DNA of 64,000 nt from an uncultured Candidatus Saccharibacteria bacterium (GCA_964467325.1 CAYXSG010000001.1:8953-72952), one strand, 5' to 3'. Numbered from the stretch's first letter, positions 27,994 through 38,166 are shown. Notes: generated by a model not told the origin, from the sequence alone. A program made the numbers and translations.

Positions 27994-28875
27994 ATGAATA
28001 TTTACCACGAGCAATCAAAAAATGTTTGGAAAACTTGGGGGCTCATGGCGCTTTTTTGCCTAGTGATTGTCGGCCTTGGCTGGTTTTTCGGAATGGTTTA
28101 CGACAATACCGGCATTCTTATTTTCGCGGTGATTTTCAGCCTGTTCATGAATTTTTTTAGCTATTGGTATTCCGATAAAATTATTCTCGGCCTGCATCAC
28201 GCGCAGCCAATTGTTAAGGAAGACAATCCTGAGCTGTGGAACGCAGTTGAAAATTTGGCCATCACGGCCGGTTTGCCGATGCCGAAAGTTTATATTATTC
28301 CCGACAATGCGCCGAACGCTTTTGCCACCGGCCGCGACAAAAATCACGCGGCAGTCGCCGTCACTTCCGGACTGCTGCAAATCTTAAACCGAAATGAGCT
28401 TGAAGGCGTGATTGCGCACGAGCTTTCCCACATCGGCAACAAAGATATTTTGCTTTCCACGATTGTCGTCGTGCTGGTCGGCTTCGTCAGCCTCTTGTCC
28501 CAAATTTTCATTCGCGGTTCTTTCTTTCGCAGTTCCAAGCGCGATGGCGAAGGCGGGGGAATTTTGGTTTTAATTGGCATCATTCTCGCCATCCTTTCGC
28601 CGATTGCCGTCACGCTCATCCAACTTGCGATTTCCAGAAAAAGAGAATATCTCGCCGACGCTTCCGGCGCGCTCCTGACGCGCTACCCAGAAGGCTTAGC
28701 TTCCGCTTTGCAAAAAATTAGCGCCTATGCGGCGCCTTTGAAAACGGCGAGCGCGACCACTGCGCATCTTTTCATCGCCAATCCTTTCGGCTCGGCCGGC
28801 AAAAAACTTTCCGGCCTTTTTTCCACCCATCCGCCCACCGAAGAGCGCATCAAAATTTTGCGCGGGATGGAATAA
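27994..28875 (+). CDS. htpX: HtpX-like M48 zinc metalloprotease
   Basis: 4 TM helices; HELSHIGNKD HExxH; M48 topology. Confidence 0.85.
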   Translation: MNIYHEQSKNVWKTWGLMALFCLVIVGLGWFFGMVYDNTGILIFAVIFSLFMNFFSYWYSDKIILGLHHAQPIVKEDNPELWNAVENLAITAGLPMPKVYIIPDNAPNAFATGRDKNHAAVAVTSGLLQILNRNELEGVIAHELSHIGNKDILLSTIVVVLVGFVSLLSQIFIRGSFFRSSKRDGEGGGILVLIGIILAILSPIAVTLIQLAISRKREYLADASGALLTRYPEGLASALQKISAYAAPLKTASATTAHLFIANPFGSAGKKLSGLFSTHPPTEERIKILRGME

Positions 28876-28905
28876 GTGGTATAAAACAGCAGTCGGTTTA
28901 ATATT

Positions 28906-28992
28906 GGAGGGTTCGCATAGTGGTCTAGTGCACACGCTTGGAAAGCGTGCGTGGGGCAACCCACCAAGAGTTCGAATCTCTTACCCTCCGCC
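28906..28992 (+). tRNA. tRNA-Ser (anticodon GGA), long variable arm
   Basis: Acceptor GGAGGGT/ACCCTCC; D-arm GCATAGTGGTCTAGTGC; anticodon loop TTGGAAA; T-arm GGTTCGAATCC-like; about 87 nt. Confidence 0.75.
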
Positions 28993-29032
28993 TTCGTTTC
29001 TGAAGAATTTAGTTGTATCATTAAACTCAATA

Positions 29033-30114
29033 TGAAAAACTCACAAAAAGGTTTCGTTGTGCCTTTATTAATAGCGATTATTGCGGTGTTGGTGGTAGGT
29101 GGCGTGGTCTATATTTATTCACAGAAAAAATCTGAGGTTCCTCAGGCTAATCAGCCTTTGGATAATGTACAGACAAATCAAAATCCTCAAAATAATCAAC
29201 AACCCCCTCATATTGATTCAGTTACTCCTTTTGTTGATCCAAATGGAAACACTCAATTTTCTGTTAAAGGCAGCGGGTTTTTGGGTTCAAACCCATATGT
29301 TGATGGACAAAGCGCAACGTACAGTGCAAGTAGTCTAACTGATACAGAAGTTACTTTGCTTTCTGTTAAGCAACTCGCAGTTCCAGGGAATCATTCCGTT
29401 TATTTAACAAATCCTACAACTGGGAAAAGCAATGTTTTTTCTTTTCAGTCTGGAGCGGTAAATTCTAATTCTCATTCGCAAAATAATGTCGCCAAAACTG
29501 TAAGTGTATCCGGTATGTTGCAATATACTGACTCAATTTTTGGGTTTTCGTTTTGGTACCCGGCGACATGGAGTGTTCAAAAAAAAGAAGCATTTGACAC
29601 AAATCCAGAAAAAACATATGAAGGAGGTTCGCTCATTGAGACTATAACAGTATCTCCTCCTCAAGGTTCAAGTTATGGTATTGCTATAGAAGAATTTGTC
29701 TCAGCAGATAAAAGTATTAAAGATAATTCTGTCTGTGGACCAGCAGATGGATGTCCTTCGGCTATACGTTATTATTTCGACAGTAGCATCCACACATGGA
29801 TGAAGGATTCATATTTTGACTATGGCCAATATTCGTCACCGACAAAAACCGCACCAGCCGATGTCTCAGTCAATTCAATGGGCGGACTTCATATACTACG
29901 AGGTAATGCTAGATTTGGTGATAACGTCATAGTACCACTCAGTGCGAAGAACTTTCTGGTTGTACACAATGTAGGCGTAGGAACAAATAGTATAAAATTT
30001 TTGGCGAATACGATTCTTGCTCTTGATCCGGCAGTTGCTACTCCAGTAAGTTCGGCACAGCAAATACAAACTATTCAGGCCGAGGGAAATGAATACGCTT
30101 CTTATAAATGGTAG
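29033..30114 (+). CDS. membrane-anchored secreted hypothetical protein (Q/N-rich linker, beta-rich domain)
   Basis: Start MKNSQKGFVVPLLIAIIAVLVV (signal anchor); the ORF start at 28951 overlaps the tRNA and is rejected. Confidence 0.5.
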
Positions 30115-30118
30115 ACCC

Positions 30119-30754
30119 ATGCAAATCACAAAATATGGTCATTGTTGCTTGCTAGTTGAGATACGAGGTGTGAGGATTTTGACGGATCCGGGGAATTTTT
30201 CGACTGGGCAGAATGAGGTAAAAGAGATTGATTGCGTGGTGATTACGCACGAGCATGCCGATCATTTGCACGTTGAATCCTTGAAAATGGTTTTGAAAAA
30301 TAATCCGAGCGCGACGGTGGTGTGCAACGCTTCGGTTGGAAAAATTCTTGAGAAAGAGGGAATTGGTTTTACGAAAGTTTCCGAAGGTGAGAAGTTTTCT
30401 ATTAAAGGTGTGGAGATTGCGGGCTTCGGCACAAAACACGCGACTATATATAAAGAATTTGGCCAAGTAGAAAACACTGGCTACTTTTTTGACGACAAGC
30501 TGTTTTATCCGGGCGACGCTTTTACCGATCCAAAACGGCCGGTGGATATTTTAGCTTTGCCTGTGGCTGGTTCTTGGATGAAACTTTCCGAAGCGATTGA
30601 ATATGTTTTGACTCTGAAACCAAGAATTGCGTTTCCGGTGCACGATGGCATTCTTCTAAATCCGACTATGATGCACCGAGTGCCGGCTTTGGTTTTTGAA
30701 CAGTCGGGAATAAAATTTGTGCCGCTTGATATTGGCAAAGCTGTTGATTTTTAG
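30119..30754 (+). CDS. MBL-fold metallo-hydrolase
   Basis: MQITKYGHCCLLVE...VVITHEHADHLH metallo-beta-lactamase motifs. Confidence 0.7.
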   Translation: MQITKYGHCCLLVEIRGVRILTDPGNFSTGQNEVKEIDCVVITHEHADHLHVESLKMVLKNNPSATVVCNASVGKILEKEGIGFTKVSEGEKFSIKGVEIAGFGTKHATIYKEFGQVENTGYFFDDKLFYPGDAFTDPKRPVDILALPVAGSWMKLSEAIEYVLTLKPRIAFPVHDGILLNPTMMHRVPALVFEQSGIKFVPLDIGKAVDF

Positions 30755-31542
30755 AACCCGAACATGTGGCCGAAGAATTGGCCGATGCCGCCGAGGAAGC
30801 CGAAGTGGTTTTGCGTGGCTGCACCTGCCGAAGCGGAAGCATTTACGCTGGCTGGTTTGGTTTGATCAAAAACAGTGGAGGCGGTGACGGAATTGCCGTT
30901 CACTGCGCCTTGAACGAGCACCATGTCGCCCACTTTTACGTCCGAAAGCGTCATGGTTTTATTGCCCTCAAGAATTTTGGCGCCTGAGGCATCAACGCTG
31001 TAAGTTACGTTGCTTTTGTTCATAATGGTAATAGTCGAACCGCTCACTGCGCCCACCGCTCCAGCGACAATCGGCTGGCCGTTGCCTTGAACTGTTGGAT
31101 TTTCTTTTTCACCGCGATTTGCGCTGGGCATTTTTGTGTTCATCATCACGCCGTCTCTAATCGTGGTGGCGACGACGTTGGTGCCGGAGATTGTGCCCAT
31201 GATTACCACCGTGTCATTGACCGCAATACTTGAAACGCTGCTGTTCGCATTATTTTTCATCACTTTTGCGTTTGTCGCGTCCACAGAAAAGGTAGTTACA
31301 GGCGTCGTGGTGCTGAAGCCTTGCCGGCCACTAACGGTGACTGTGTTGCTGCTCACCGCGGTAACCGTGCCAACCACGACCGGCCTCATCATTCCTCTTA
31401 AGTTTCCAATCGGGCCGCCGCGCATCGGCCTTGATTGGCTTGACGGCGGAGTGTTTGTGTCGGCATATACCGGAATGCCGGCGCTAAAGGCCGCAATTGT
31501 TGCTAAAACCACACCCAAAGAGACATGTTTTCTAATATTCAT
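30751..31542 (-). CDS. secreted repetitive hypothetical protein
   Basis: Signal peptide; repeated V/S/T-rich beta segments (VSSNTVTVSG...). Confidence 0.45.
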   Translation of the reverse strand: MNIRKHVSLGVVLATIAAFSAGIPVYADTNTPPSSQSRPMRGGPIGNLRGMMRPVVVGTVTAVSSNTVTVSGRQGFSTTTPVTTFSVDATNAKVMKNNANSSVSSIAVNDTVVIMGTISGTNVVATTIRDGVMMNTKMPSANRGEKENPTVQGNGQPIVAGAVGAVSGSTITIMNKSNVTYSVDASGAKILEGNKTMTLSDVKVGDMVLVQGAVNGNSVTASTVFDQTKPASVNASASAGAATQNHFGFLGGIGQFFGHMFGF

Positions 31543-31610
31543 TTTTTTATTTGTTATAATAAGTGTAGGTTTCGTATTCCTACAAGATGACTACGTTGTC
31601 GGAACTATAA

Positions 31611-32012
31611 TTGGTTCACTTTATAACCATGAAAATATCTTCAAACCAAAAAATAAAAAGATTTCTTGAGATTGTCGCTGTCATTATGGCGCTGTTTTTA
31701 GTGACGCTCTTAATTGTTCTTGTAAATAGTAATAAAAACTTCGGCCGTTTTAATAGGTTTACGCTGCTGCATACCAGTGGGCCGGTCACTGCCGACGATG
31801 TGGTTTTCATCCAAACATGGATGACTTTTGATTATGTCAATCACATTTTCAACCTTCCCAAAGAATATTTAATGACGAAACTTTCCGTGAGTAACGGTAG
31901 TTATCCGCGACTGACCATTGAAAAGTACGCTAAAACAAAAGGCCTAAAATCTTCAGTGGTGTTGCTTCAAGTTGAAGACGCGGTGCGGGCGTATTTTGCA
32001 TCCAAACAATGA
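31611..32012 (+). CDS. hypothetical membrane-anchored protein
   Basis: One TM helix. Confidence 0.35.
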   Translation: MVHFITMKISSNQKIKRFLEIVAVIMALFLVTLLIVLVNSNKNFGRFNRFTLLHTSGPVTADDVVFIQTWMTFDYVNHIFNLPKEYLMTKLSVSNGSYPRLTIEKYAKTKGLKSSVVLLQVEDAVRAYFASKQ

Positions 32013-32632
32013 ATGATTTTTTGGGGACACTGCTTTCCTTACTTCTTCTGTATAAATATTTTGCGCTTTTTGCCGTAATTTTTTCTGCCGCGGTAATCGT
32101 GCCGCTGCCGACCAACAGTCTGCTTCTTGCTGCGGGCGCTTTTGCCAGCCAAGGCTATTTCAGTTTCTCAATTTCTTTAATTGTTTCGGTGGTGGCAAAT
32201 ATCGCCGGAGATTCATTTGGTTATTTTCTCGCGCGCAAGTACGGCCGGCTGGCCATCCGCTTTTTGCATGTACGAATGCCATCTTTTGTGGAAAAGCTAG
32301 AACAATATCTGAGAAGTCACACCGGCCTCACGATATTTGTCACGAGATTTTTCGGCTCACTAGACTCAGTTGCCAATATTTTCTCCGGCCTGGTTGGGAT
32401 ATCTTTCAAAAAATTTCTTTTTTACGATTTTCTCGGCAATTTTGTTTCTATTTGTGGTGTTTTATATGCCGGCTATCTTCTTGGTGTTCACTGGCAAGAT
32501 TTTTCAAAATTTTTCGATGTGGGCGAATGGGTTTTGTGTGGCGTCATCATTATTATTTTCGCTGGCTACTTTTTTTGGAGCGCTCGGCGCCGTAAAAGAA
32601 AGCTTCTTGCCAAGCAGCATGAGCGGGAGTAG
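32009..32632 (+). CDS. dedA: DedA/SNARE-associated (VTT domain) membrane protein
   Basis: PLPTNSLLLAAGAFASQG...GDSFGYFLARKYGR typical of DedA. Confidence 0.75.
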   Translation: MNDFLGTLLSLLLLYKYFALFAVIFSAAVIVPLPTNSLLLAAGAFASQGYFSFSISLIVSVVANIAGDSFGYFLARKYGRLAIRFLHVRMPSFVEKLEQYLRSHTGLTIFVTRFFGSLDSVANIFSGLVGISFKKFLFYDFLGNFVSICGVLYAGYLLGVHWQDFSKFFDVGEWVLCGVIIIIFAGYFFWSARRRKRKLLAKQHERE

Positions 32633-32635
32633 GCT

Positions 32636-32902
32636 TTGGGTATGGAAAAAGCCGTTCTCAAAAATTTGCAGACGATTCCGGGTGTGGGAAAAAGCATTGC
32701 CGAAGATTTATATGATTTGGGCTATCGCTCTGTTTCCGAATTGGCCAATTGCGATCCGAACATGATGTACGAAAGATTGTGCATGAAAGCGGGGAAGCAT
32801 TTGGACCGGTGTTTGCTCTACACTTTTCGTTGCGCGGTCTACTTCGCCACAAACGACAAGCATGAAGCGAAAAAATTAAAATGGTGGAATTGGAAAGATT
32901 AA
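32636..32902 (+). CDS. helix-hairpin-helix DNA-binding domain protein
   Basis: LQTIPGVGKSIAEDLYDLGYRSVSEL HhH motif. Confidence 0.45.
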   Translation: MGMEKAVLKNLQTIPGVGKSIAEDLYDLGYRSVSELANCDPNMMYERLCMKAGKHLDRCLLYTFRCAVYFATNDKHEAKKLKWWNWKD

Positions 32903-33348
32903 AATATTTTTTTCTTTGGATTTTTACGGCGCTGGTTCTAGCCGGCTTTTTGTTTTATTTTCTTTCCCAAAATTCTCAAAATAAATCGGCGGCGCAGCTA
33001 AATATAAACGACGAGGTTATCAATCTGGCAATTGCGCGAACGGACGCGGAGCTTGAGCACGGCCTTTCCGGACGCGCAGCGCTTGCGAGCAATGAAGGCA
33101 TGCTTTTTATTTTTCAGGCAGATGGATTCTGGCAATTTTGGATGAAAGACATGAATTTTCCGATTGATATGATTTGGTTGGATTCAAGCGATAAAATTGT
33201 GGGGATTAAAGAAAATGCCACGCCGGATTCTTATCCGCAAACTTTCACCTCGCAGGCGCCGGCGCGCTACGTGCTCGAGTTGCCGGCCGGTTTCGCGAAA
33301 GCGCACGGCTTGATATATAATGAACCCATTAATGTAATTCAAAAATGA
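32881..33348 (+). CDS. DUF192 domain protein
   Basis: GLSGR...MLFIF...FWMKDMNFPIDMIWLD...RYVLELPAG matches DUF192. Confidence 0.65.
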   Translation: MVELERLKYFFLWIFTALVLAGFLFYFLSQNSQNKSAAQLNINDEVINLAIARTDAELEHGLSGRAALASNEGMLFIFQADGFWQFWMKDMNFPIDMIWLDSSDKIVGIKENATPDSYPQTFTSQAPARYVLELPAGFAKAHGLIYNEPINVIQK

Positions 33349-33352
33349 AATT

Positions 33353-34387
33353 ATGAAGAAACTGAAAGTGGCAATCAACGGCGCAGGCAGAATCGGGCGA
33401 GCGTTTTACAAAGTGGCGATGCTGCGTCCTGAGCTTGAAGTGGTGGCGCTCAACGACCTCGGCAGCATCGAAAGTCTTGCTTATCTTTTTAAATATGACA
33501 CAGCGTACGGCCCGAGCGAATTGGACGTTAAAGTGGCGAGCGATAAAAAAAGTCTCACGATCAATGGCAAAACTATCGCTTACGTGAGCGAAAAAGATCC
33601 TGCCAATTTGCCGTGGAAAGAGATGGATATTGATGTGGTGGTGGAATCCACTGGTTTGTTTACTTCGTACGAAAAAGCGCAGGCGCATATCAAAGCGGGT
33701 GCGAAAAAAGTGGTGATTAGCGCGCCGGTTAAAGACGAACCGACGGGCGACATTCGCGGCGGCACCATTTTGATGGGCATCAATGACGACAAGCTTTCCG
33801 TTTGCGACATTTCCTCAAACGCTTCGTGTACGACGAACGCCGGCTCGCCGCTCATGGCGATTTTGCACGAGAAAATCGGCATTGAAAAAGCGTTGCTCAA
33901 CACGGTGCACGCTTACACTGCAAGCCAAGCCATTGTGGACGGTCCTTCAAAAAAAGATTTACGTGAAGGCCGCGCCGCCGCGCAAAATATTGTGCCGAGT
34001 TCCACGGGCGCGGCGATTGCCGTGACTAAAGTTTTGCCCGACCTCGTTGGTAAATTTGACGGCATTTCCATTCGCGTACCGGTCATAGTCGGTTCCATTG
34101 TCGATATCACTTTCATTTCTAAGCGAGCTACTTCTGCCGAGGAAGTGAATTCCATTCTCAAAGCCGCCGCCAAAGAAAAACGCTGGCAAAATATTTTCTC
34201 CGTGACCGAAGAGCCGCTTGTTTCTTCCGACATCATCGGTTCGCGCTTCGCCTCCATTGCTGACCTCGCTTTCACTCGCGTCGCCGACAAAAACCTCGTC
34301 AAAGTTCTGGCGTGGTATGACAACGAGATGGGGTATACGTACACACTTGTTGACCACGTCATTAAAACCGGATTATCAATAAAATAA
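33353..34387 (+). CDS. gap: glyceraldehyde-3-phosphate dehydrogenase (type I)
   Basis: INGAGRIGR NAD-binding; active-site SNASCTTN. Confidence 0.9.
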   Translation: MKKLKVAINGAGRIGRAFYKVAMLRPELEVVALNDLGSIESLAYLFKYDTAYGPSELDVKVASDKKSLTINGKTIAYVSEKDPANLPWKEMDIDVVVESTGLFTSYEKAQAHIKAGAKKVVISAPVKDEPTGDIRGGTILMGINDDKLSVCDISSNASCTTNAGSPLMAILHEKIGIEKALLNTVHAYTASQAIVDGPSKKDLREGRAAAQNIVPSSTGAAIAVTKVLPDLVGKFDGISIRVPVIVGSIVDITFISKRATSAEEVNSILKAAAKEKRWQNIFSVTEEPLVSSDIIGSRFASIADLAFTRVADKNLVKVLAWYDNEMGYTYTLVDHVIKTGLSIK

Positions 34388-34414
34388 ATAAAATTACTAA
34401 ACTAACAAAAATTT

Positions 34415-34720
34415 ATGAATAGATTTTTTTTCATTTCCCTAATCATATTTATGTTGTTGGCTTTTCTTCTTGTCGGAAATACTTATGTAAAAGTTCTACG
34501 CTTTCCCGGTGGTAGTATTTGTAGTGAAGAATCAATGATTATTTGTCTACCCGTTGTTTCCACTCTTATTATATCTCTATTGGTTTCGCTATCCCTTGGT
34601 TTTATTAAAAGATCTAGAAATGTTACCCCTGTAAAACATAACTCCCTAAAATATAACCTATTAATAGTAGTTCTCGTGGTCCTAGCTTTGCAACTATTAT
34701 TTTGGTTGATTATGATATAA
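34415..34720 (+). CDS. small AT-rich membrane protein (hypothetical)
   Basis: 3 TM helices; AT-rich. Confidence 0.35.
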   Translation: MNRFFFISLIIFMLLAFLLVGNTYVKVLRFPGGSICSEESMIICLPVVSTLIISLLVSLSLGFIKRSRNVTPVKHNSLKYNLLIVVLVVLALQLLFWLIMI

Positions 34721-34781
34721 ATGTCTAAAATAAAGGTCAGCACTTTTTAGTTAATTGTTTGGTTTGTGCTAAAATTAGGAG

Positions 34782-35258
34782 GTGAAAATCTACATCGCCT
34801 CTGATCATGCAGGGTTTGAGCTCAAGAAACATTTGATTGGCTATTTTGCCGAGAGCGGCATTATTCTTATAGACAAAGGGCCGTTTGCCTATGTGGCGGG
34901 CGATGATTATCCTGATTGGATTGCTAAGGCGGCAGAAGAGGTGAGTAAAAATCCGAGCGAGGCGCGGGCGATTGTGATTGGACTTTCGGGGGAAGGCGAG
35001 GCACTTGTTGCCAATAAGTTTAAAAATGTGCGCGCTGGCGTTTTTTACACGCCGATTGGAAGCGGCAAGGACGCTTTTGAAATTGTGAAGCTCATGCGCG
35101 AGCACAACGATGCAAATGTGCTCTCGCTTTCCGCAAAATTTTTGAAGAGCGAAGAAGCCGAGCGCGCCACGGATGTTTTTCTGGAAACCGAGTTTAGTGG
35201 CGACGCGCGGCACGAAAGAAGAATTGAGAAAATTACCGATTTAGAACAAGGTCGATAA
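34782..35258 (+). CDS. rpiB: ribose-5-phosphate isomerase B
   Basis: KIYIASDHAGFELKKHL RpiB/LacAB signature; GTG start overlapping AGGAGG. Confidence 0.85.
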   Translation: MKIYIASDHAGFELKKHLIGYFAESGIILIDKGPFAYVAGDDYPDWIAKAAEEVSKNPSEARAIVIGLSGEGEALVANKFKNVRAGVFYTPIGSGKDAFEIVKLMREHNDANVLSLSAKFLKSEEAERATDVFLETEFSGDARHERRIEKITDLEQGR

Positions 35259-35264
35259 ATTTAT

Positions 35265-36074
35265 ATGTTTTCTGAAAAAAGCCTATTTGAAAAAGAGGGT
35301 TTACATTTAGAAAAAGAAAGAGTTTTAACCTACTCAAAACTTTTTTGTCCCCTAGGTTGTAAATACTGTTTTGCCGAAGATTTAGAAGGACGTTCAGGTG
35401 ATAAAGTATCTTATTTATCAGAAGATCAGTTGAATGCCTTAGAAAAAATTCCACCGGAAATTAGCTTGATAATGTTAGGCTGTGATACAGAGTTTTTTCA
35501 ATCAAAAGAAGGTTCATTGGAGATTTTAGAAAGATTATCCCATTCCGATAGAGATATTTCTATTGTAACTAAGATGGATTTAGATTCAGATTTTGTAAAA
35601 TCACTTAAAAATTTTGATGAGGTTTTAAATAAAAATAACAAATCACTTTTTGTTTCTTTTTCTATACCTTGTTTGGATTCTGCAAAAATTTGGGAACCAG
35701 GAGCTCCTGACCCAAACGCAAGAATTGAATCAATGAAAATAGTTCATGATGAAGGTATAAAATCTTTTGTAGCAATAAGACCATTGCTTCCTAGTGTTCC
35801 TGATGATGAATTAGAGAGAATAGTTGATATGACTAAAGGTTATTCGCAAGGTTATTATTCTGGGCCACTATATGTGAAAAATTTAGACCAAGGTTTAGTA
35901 GATACAAATAATCCGGAATTAAAAATTGAATTGGTTCGGCCAGATTGGATGCCTGAAGGTAACGAATTTTATAGAATCCAAAAAGATGGTCAAATGGAAT
36001 TTCTAAGAGACACAATAATTAAAAGCGGAAATATTTTGTTTGAAGGAGCTGCTGATGCCATAGCTCACATTTAA
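35265..36074 (+). CDS. radical SAM domain protein (CX3CX2C), AT-rich, function unknown
   Basis: FCPLGCKYCFA motif at residues 27-36; about 30% GC vs about 50% flanks. Confidence 0.6.
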   Translation: MFSEKSLFEKEGLHLEKERVLTYSKLFCPLGCKYCFAEDLEGRSGDKVSYLSEDQLNALEKIPPEISLIMLGCDTEFFQSKEGSLEILERLSHSDRDISIVTKMDLDSDFVKSLKNFDEVLNKNNKSLFVSFSIPCLDSAKIWEPGAPDPNARIESMKIVHDEGIKSFVAIRPLLPSVPDDELERIVDMTKGYSQGYYSGPLYVKNLDQGLVDTNNPELKIELVRPDWMPEGNEFYRIQKDGQMEFLRDTIIKSGNILFEGAADAIAHI

Positions 36075-36084
36075 GGTAAATAAA

Positions 36085-36600
36085 ATGAAAAACATAGAGT
36101 TAAAAGTCAAAGCACCGAATCTATCAAAAATTAAACCTGTTTTGAAAAAAATTGGTGCAAAATACGTTGAAACTCTTAAACAGGTTGATACCTACTATAA
36201 ATGCAATGAGGGTAGGTTAAAAACAAGGGAAATAAACAATAATAATTTTGAATTGATTTTTTATAGAAGAGAAAACAAAAAAGAATCAAAAATATCTGAT
36301 TATGAGATTCTTAAAATGAGCTATCCTCATAGACAGAAATATAAAAATATTTTAAATGAAATATTTGGGAAGGTCGTTGTGGTTAAAAAAGAGCGGTTGC
36401 TTTGGATTTACAAAAATACAAGAATTCATCTTGATTGCGTAGAAGATTTAGGAAATTTTTTAGAATTGGAAACCATAGTAAGTGATACTTTAAGCAAAGC
36501 CAAAAAAGAATATAAGGAAATTACAGATTATTTAAATATTAGCAATTTTAAAAAAATCGCCAGTTCATACAGCGATTTATTAATCTTAGCAAAACCATGA
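36085..36600 (+). CDS. CYTH/triphosphate-tunnel-metalloenzyme domain protein (CyaB/thiamine-triphosphatase-like), AT-rich
   Basis: IELKVKAPN...QVDTYY...RLKTRE...ELIFYRRE...LELETIV pattern of the CYTH fold; stop overlaps rpe start (ATGA). Confidence 0.55.
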   Translation: MKNIELKVKAPNLSKIKPVLKKIGAKYVETLKQVDTYYKCNEGRLKTREINNNNFELIFYRRENKKESKISDYEILKMSYPHRQKYKNILNEIFGKVVVVKKERLLWIYKNTRIHLDCVEDLGNFLELETIVSDTLSKAKKEYKEITDYLNISNFKKIASSYSDLLILAKP

Positions 36601-37292
36601 TTGAAATTATTCCGGCGATAATGCCGCGCAGTTGGGAAGATTTGGAAGGGGAAGTGGCGCGCGTGGCGCCTTTTGTTGGGAAGGTGCAGATTGACGTCAT
36701 GGATGGCAAGTTTGTGAAAAATAAAAGCTGGCCATACATGAAAGGCCGCGCCGGTGATAAATTTTTTAAGCTTCTTCAAGTGGAAGAAATTGGCTTGCCG
36801 AGCTGGCAGGATGTGGATTTTGAAGCTGATATGATGATTGATAAGCCGGAAGAGGAAATTGAAAAATGGATTGCGGCTGGCATGGCACGGATTATTGTGC
36901 ACGTTGAAAGCACGAAAAAACTGTCAGAAATTATCAAAATTTTTCAATTGCATAACGCACACGAAGTTGGAATTGAGCTTGGACTTGCCTTAAATCCAGA
37001 CACTTCAACAGACCAAATTTTGCCTTTTCTTGAGGATATTCAGTTTGTGCAGTTTATGGGGATTGATCGGATTGGTTTGCAAGGCCAACCTTTTGACGAA
37101 AAAGTTTTGGATAAAATTCGCGAGTTTCACAATGCGCATCCGGAAATGGTGATAAGTGTGGATGGCGGCGTCAATTTTGAAGACGCGCACGCGCTGGTTG
37201 AAGCGGGTGCGCGGCACTTAGTCTCTGGTTCAGCAATTTTAGAAAGTACGGACATTGCCGAAGCTGTGGAAAGATTCAAAAAAATAGTATAA
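36597..37292 (+). CDS. rpe: ribulose-phosphate 3-epimerase
   Basis: IDVMDGKFVKN, VHVEST, LNPDT, ISVDGGV, SGSAI motifs. Confidence 0.75.
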   Translation: MIEIIPAIMPRSWEDLEGEVARVAPFVGKVQIDVMDGKFVKNKSWPYMKGRAGDKFFKLLQVEEIGLPSWQDVDFEADMMIDKPEEEIEKWIAAGMARIIVHVESTKKLSEIIKIFQLHNAHEVGIELGLALNPDTSTDQILPFLEDIQFVQFMGIDRIGLQGQPFDEKVLDKIREFHNAHPEMVISVDGGVNFEDAHALVEAGARHLVSGSAILESTDIAEAVERFKKIV

Positions 37293-37299
37293 TAGGCGA

Positions 37300-38166
37300 G
37301 TGAGTTTGACTGATTTTGAAATTAAAAGTTTGGAGAAAAAAGCCAACGAGATTCGCGTTTCAATAATTGAAATGCTTTTGGAAGCCGGCTCAGGCCACAC
37401 CGCGGGACCTTTGGGCATGGCGGACATTTTCACCGCGCTCTATTTTCACATTTTAAAACACGACGCAACTAATCCTTCTTGGAACGAGCGCGACCGACTC
37501 GTGCTTTCCAATGGCCACATTTGTCCGGTTTTGTACGCCGCGATGGCGCACGCCGGTTATTTTCCAATTAAAGAACTGAAAACTTTGCGCAAATTTGGCT
37601 CGCGCTTGCAAGGCCATCCGCATCGCGATTTTCTGCCGATGTTGGAAACGAGCTCTGGGCCACTTGGCTCCGGCCTTTCGCAAGCGGTTGGCTTGGCGCT
37701 TGCCGATAAAATTGACGACTACAAGCCGGCCGGCCGATTTATTTATTGTTTAATGAGCGACGGCGAGCTCGACGAAGGTCAAAGCTGGGAAGCGGCGCTT
37801 TTGGCGGGAAAAAACAAATTACACAATTTGATTGCGATTATTGACCGCAACAATATTCAGATTGACGGCTTCACCGAAGATGTGATGCCGCTTGAGCCGC
37901 TGCGCGCAAAGTGGGAAGCGTTCGGCTGGCACGTTTTGGAAATTGACGGACACAATTTCAATGAGATTGCTGGCGCGGTAGAGCAAGCGAAAGCGATTTT
38001 TGAAAAGCCGTCCATGATTATTGCGCATACCATTCCTGGCAAAGGCGTGAAAGAATTTGAACGCAAATACGAATGGCACGGCAAACCGCCAAACGCCGCC
38101 GAAGCCGCGATGGCGCTCAAAGAGCTCCGCACTTTAGGCGGCAAAATTAAAAGCGAGCATGAGTAA
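37300..38166 (+). CDS. tktA: transketolase, N-terminal (TPP-binding) subunit
   Basis: GSGHTAGPLGMADIF...SNGH...DGELDEGQSWEA transketolase N-terminal motifs; GTG start. Confidence 0.85.
   Translation: MSLTDFEIKSLEKKANEIRVSIIEMLLEAGSGHTAGPLGMADIFTALYFHILKHDATNPSWNERDRLVLSNGHICPVLYAAMAHAGYFPIKELKTLRKFGSRLQGHPHRDFLPMLETSSGPLGSGLSQAVGLALADKIDDYKPAGRFIYCLMSDGELDEGQSWEAALLAGKNKLHNLIAIIDRNNIQIDGFTEDVMPLEPLRAKWEAFGWHVLEIDGHNFNEIAGAVEQAKAIFEKPSMIIAHTIPGKGVKEFERKYEWHGKPPNAAEAAMALKELRTLGGKIKSEHE
38144..38162 (+). repeat. 19-bp direct repeat, copy 1 (3' end of tktN)
   Basis: aaattaaaagcgagcatga identical to 38804..38822. Confidence 0.7.

Noticed and set aside
28951-29032. Upstream extension of the ORF at 28951 overlapping tRNA-Ser
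   Set aside because: It overlaps the tRNA gene. The downstream Met at 29033 gives a proper signal-anchor N-terminus.
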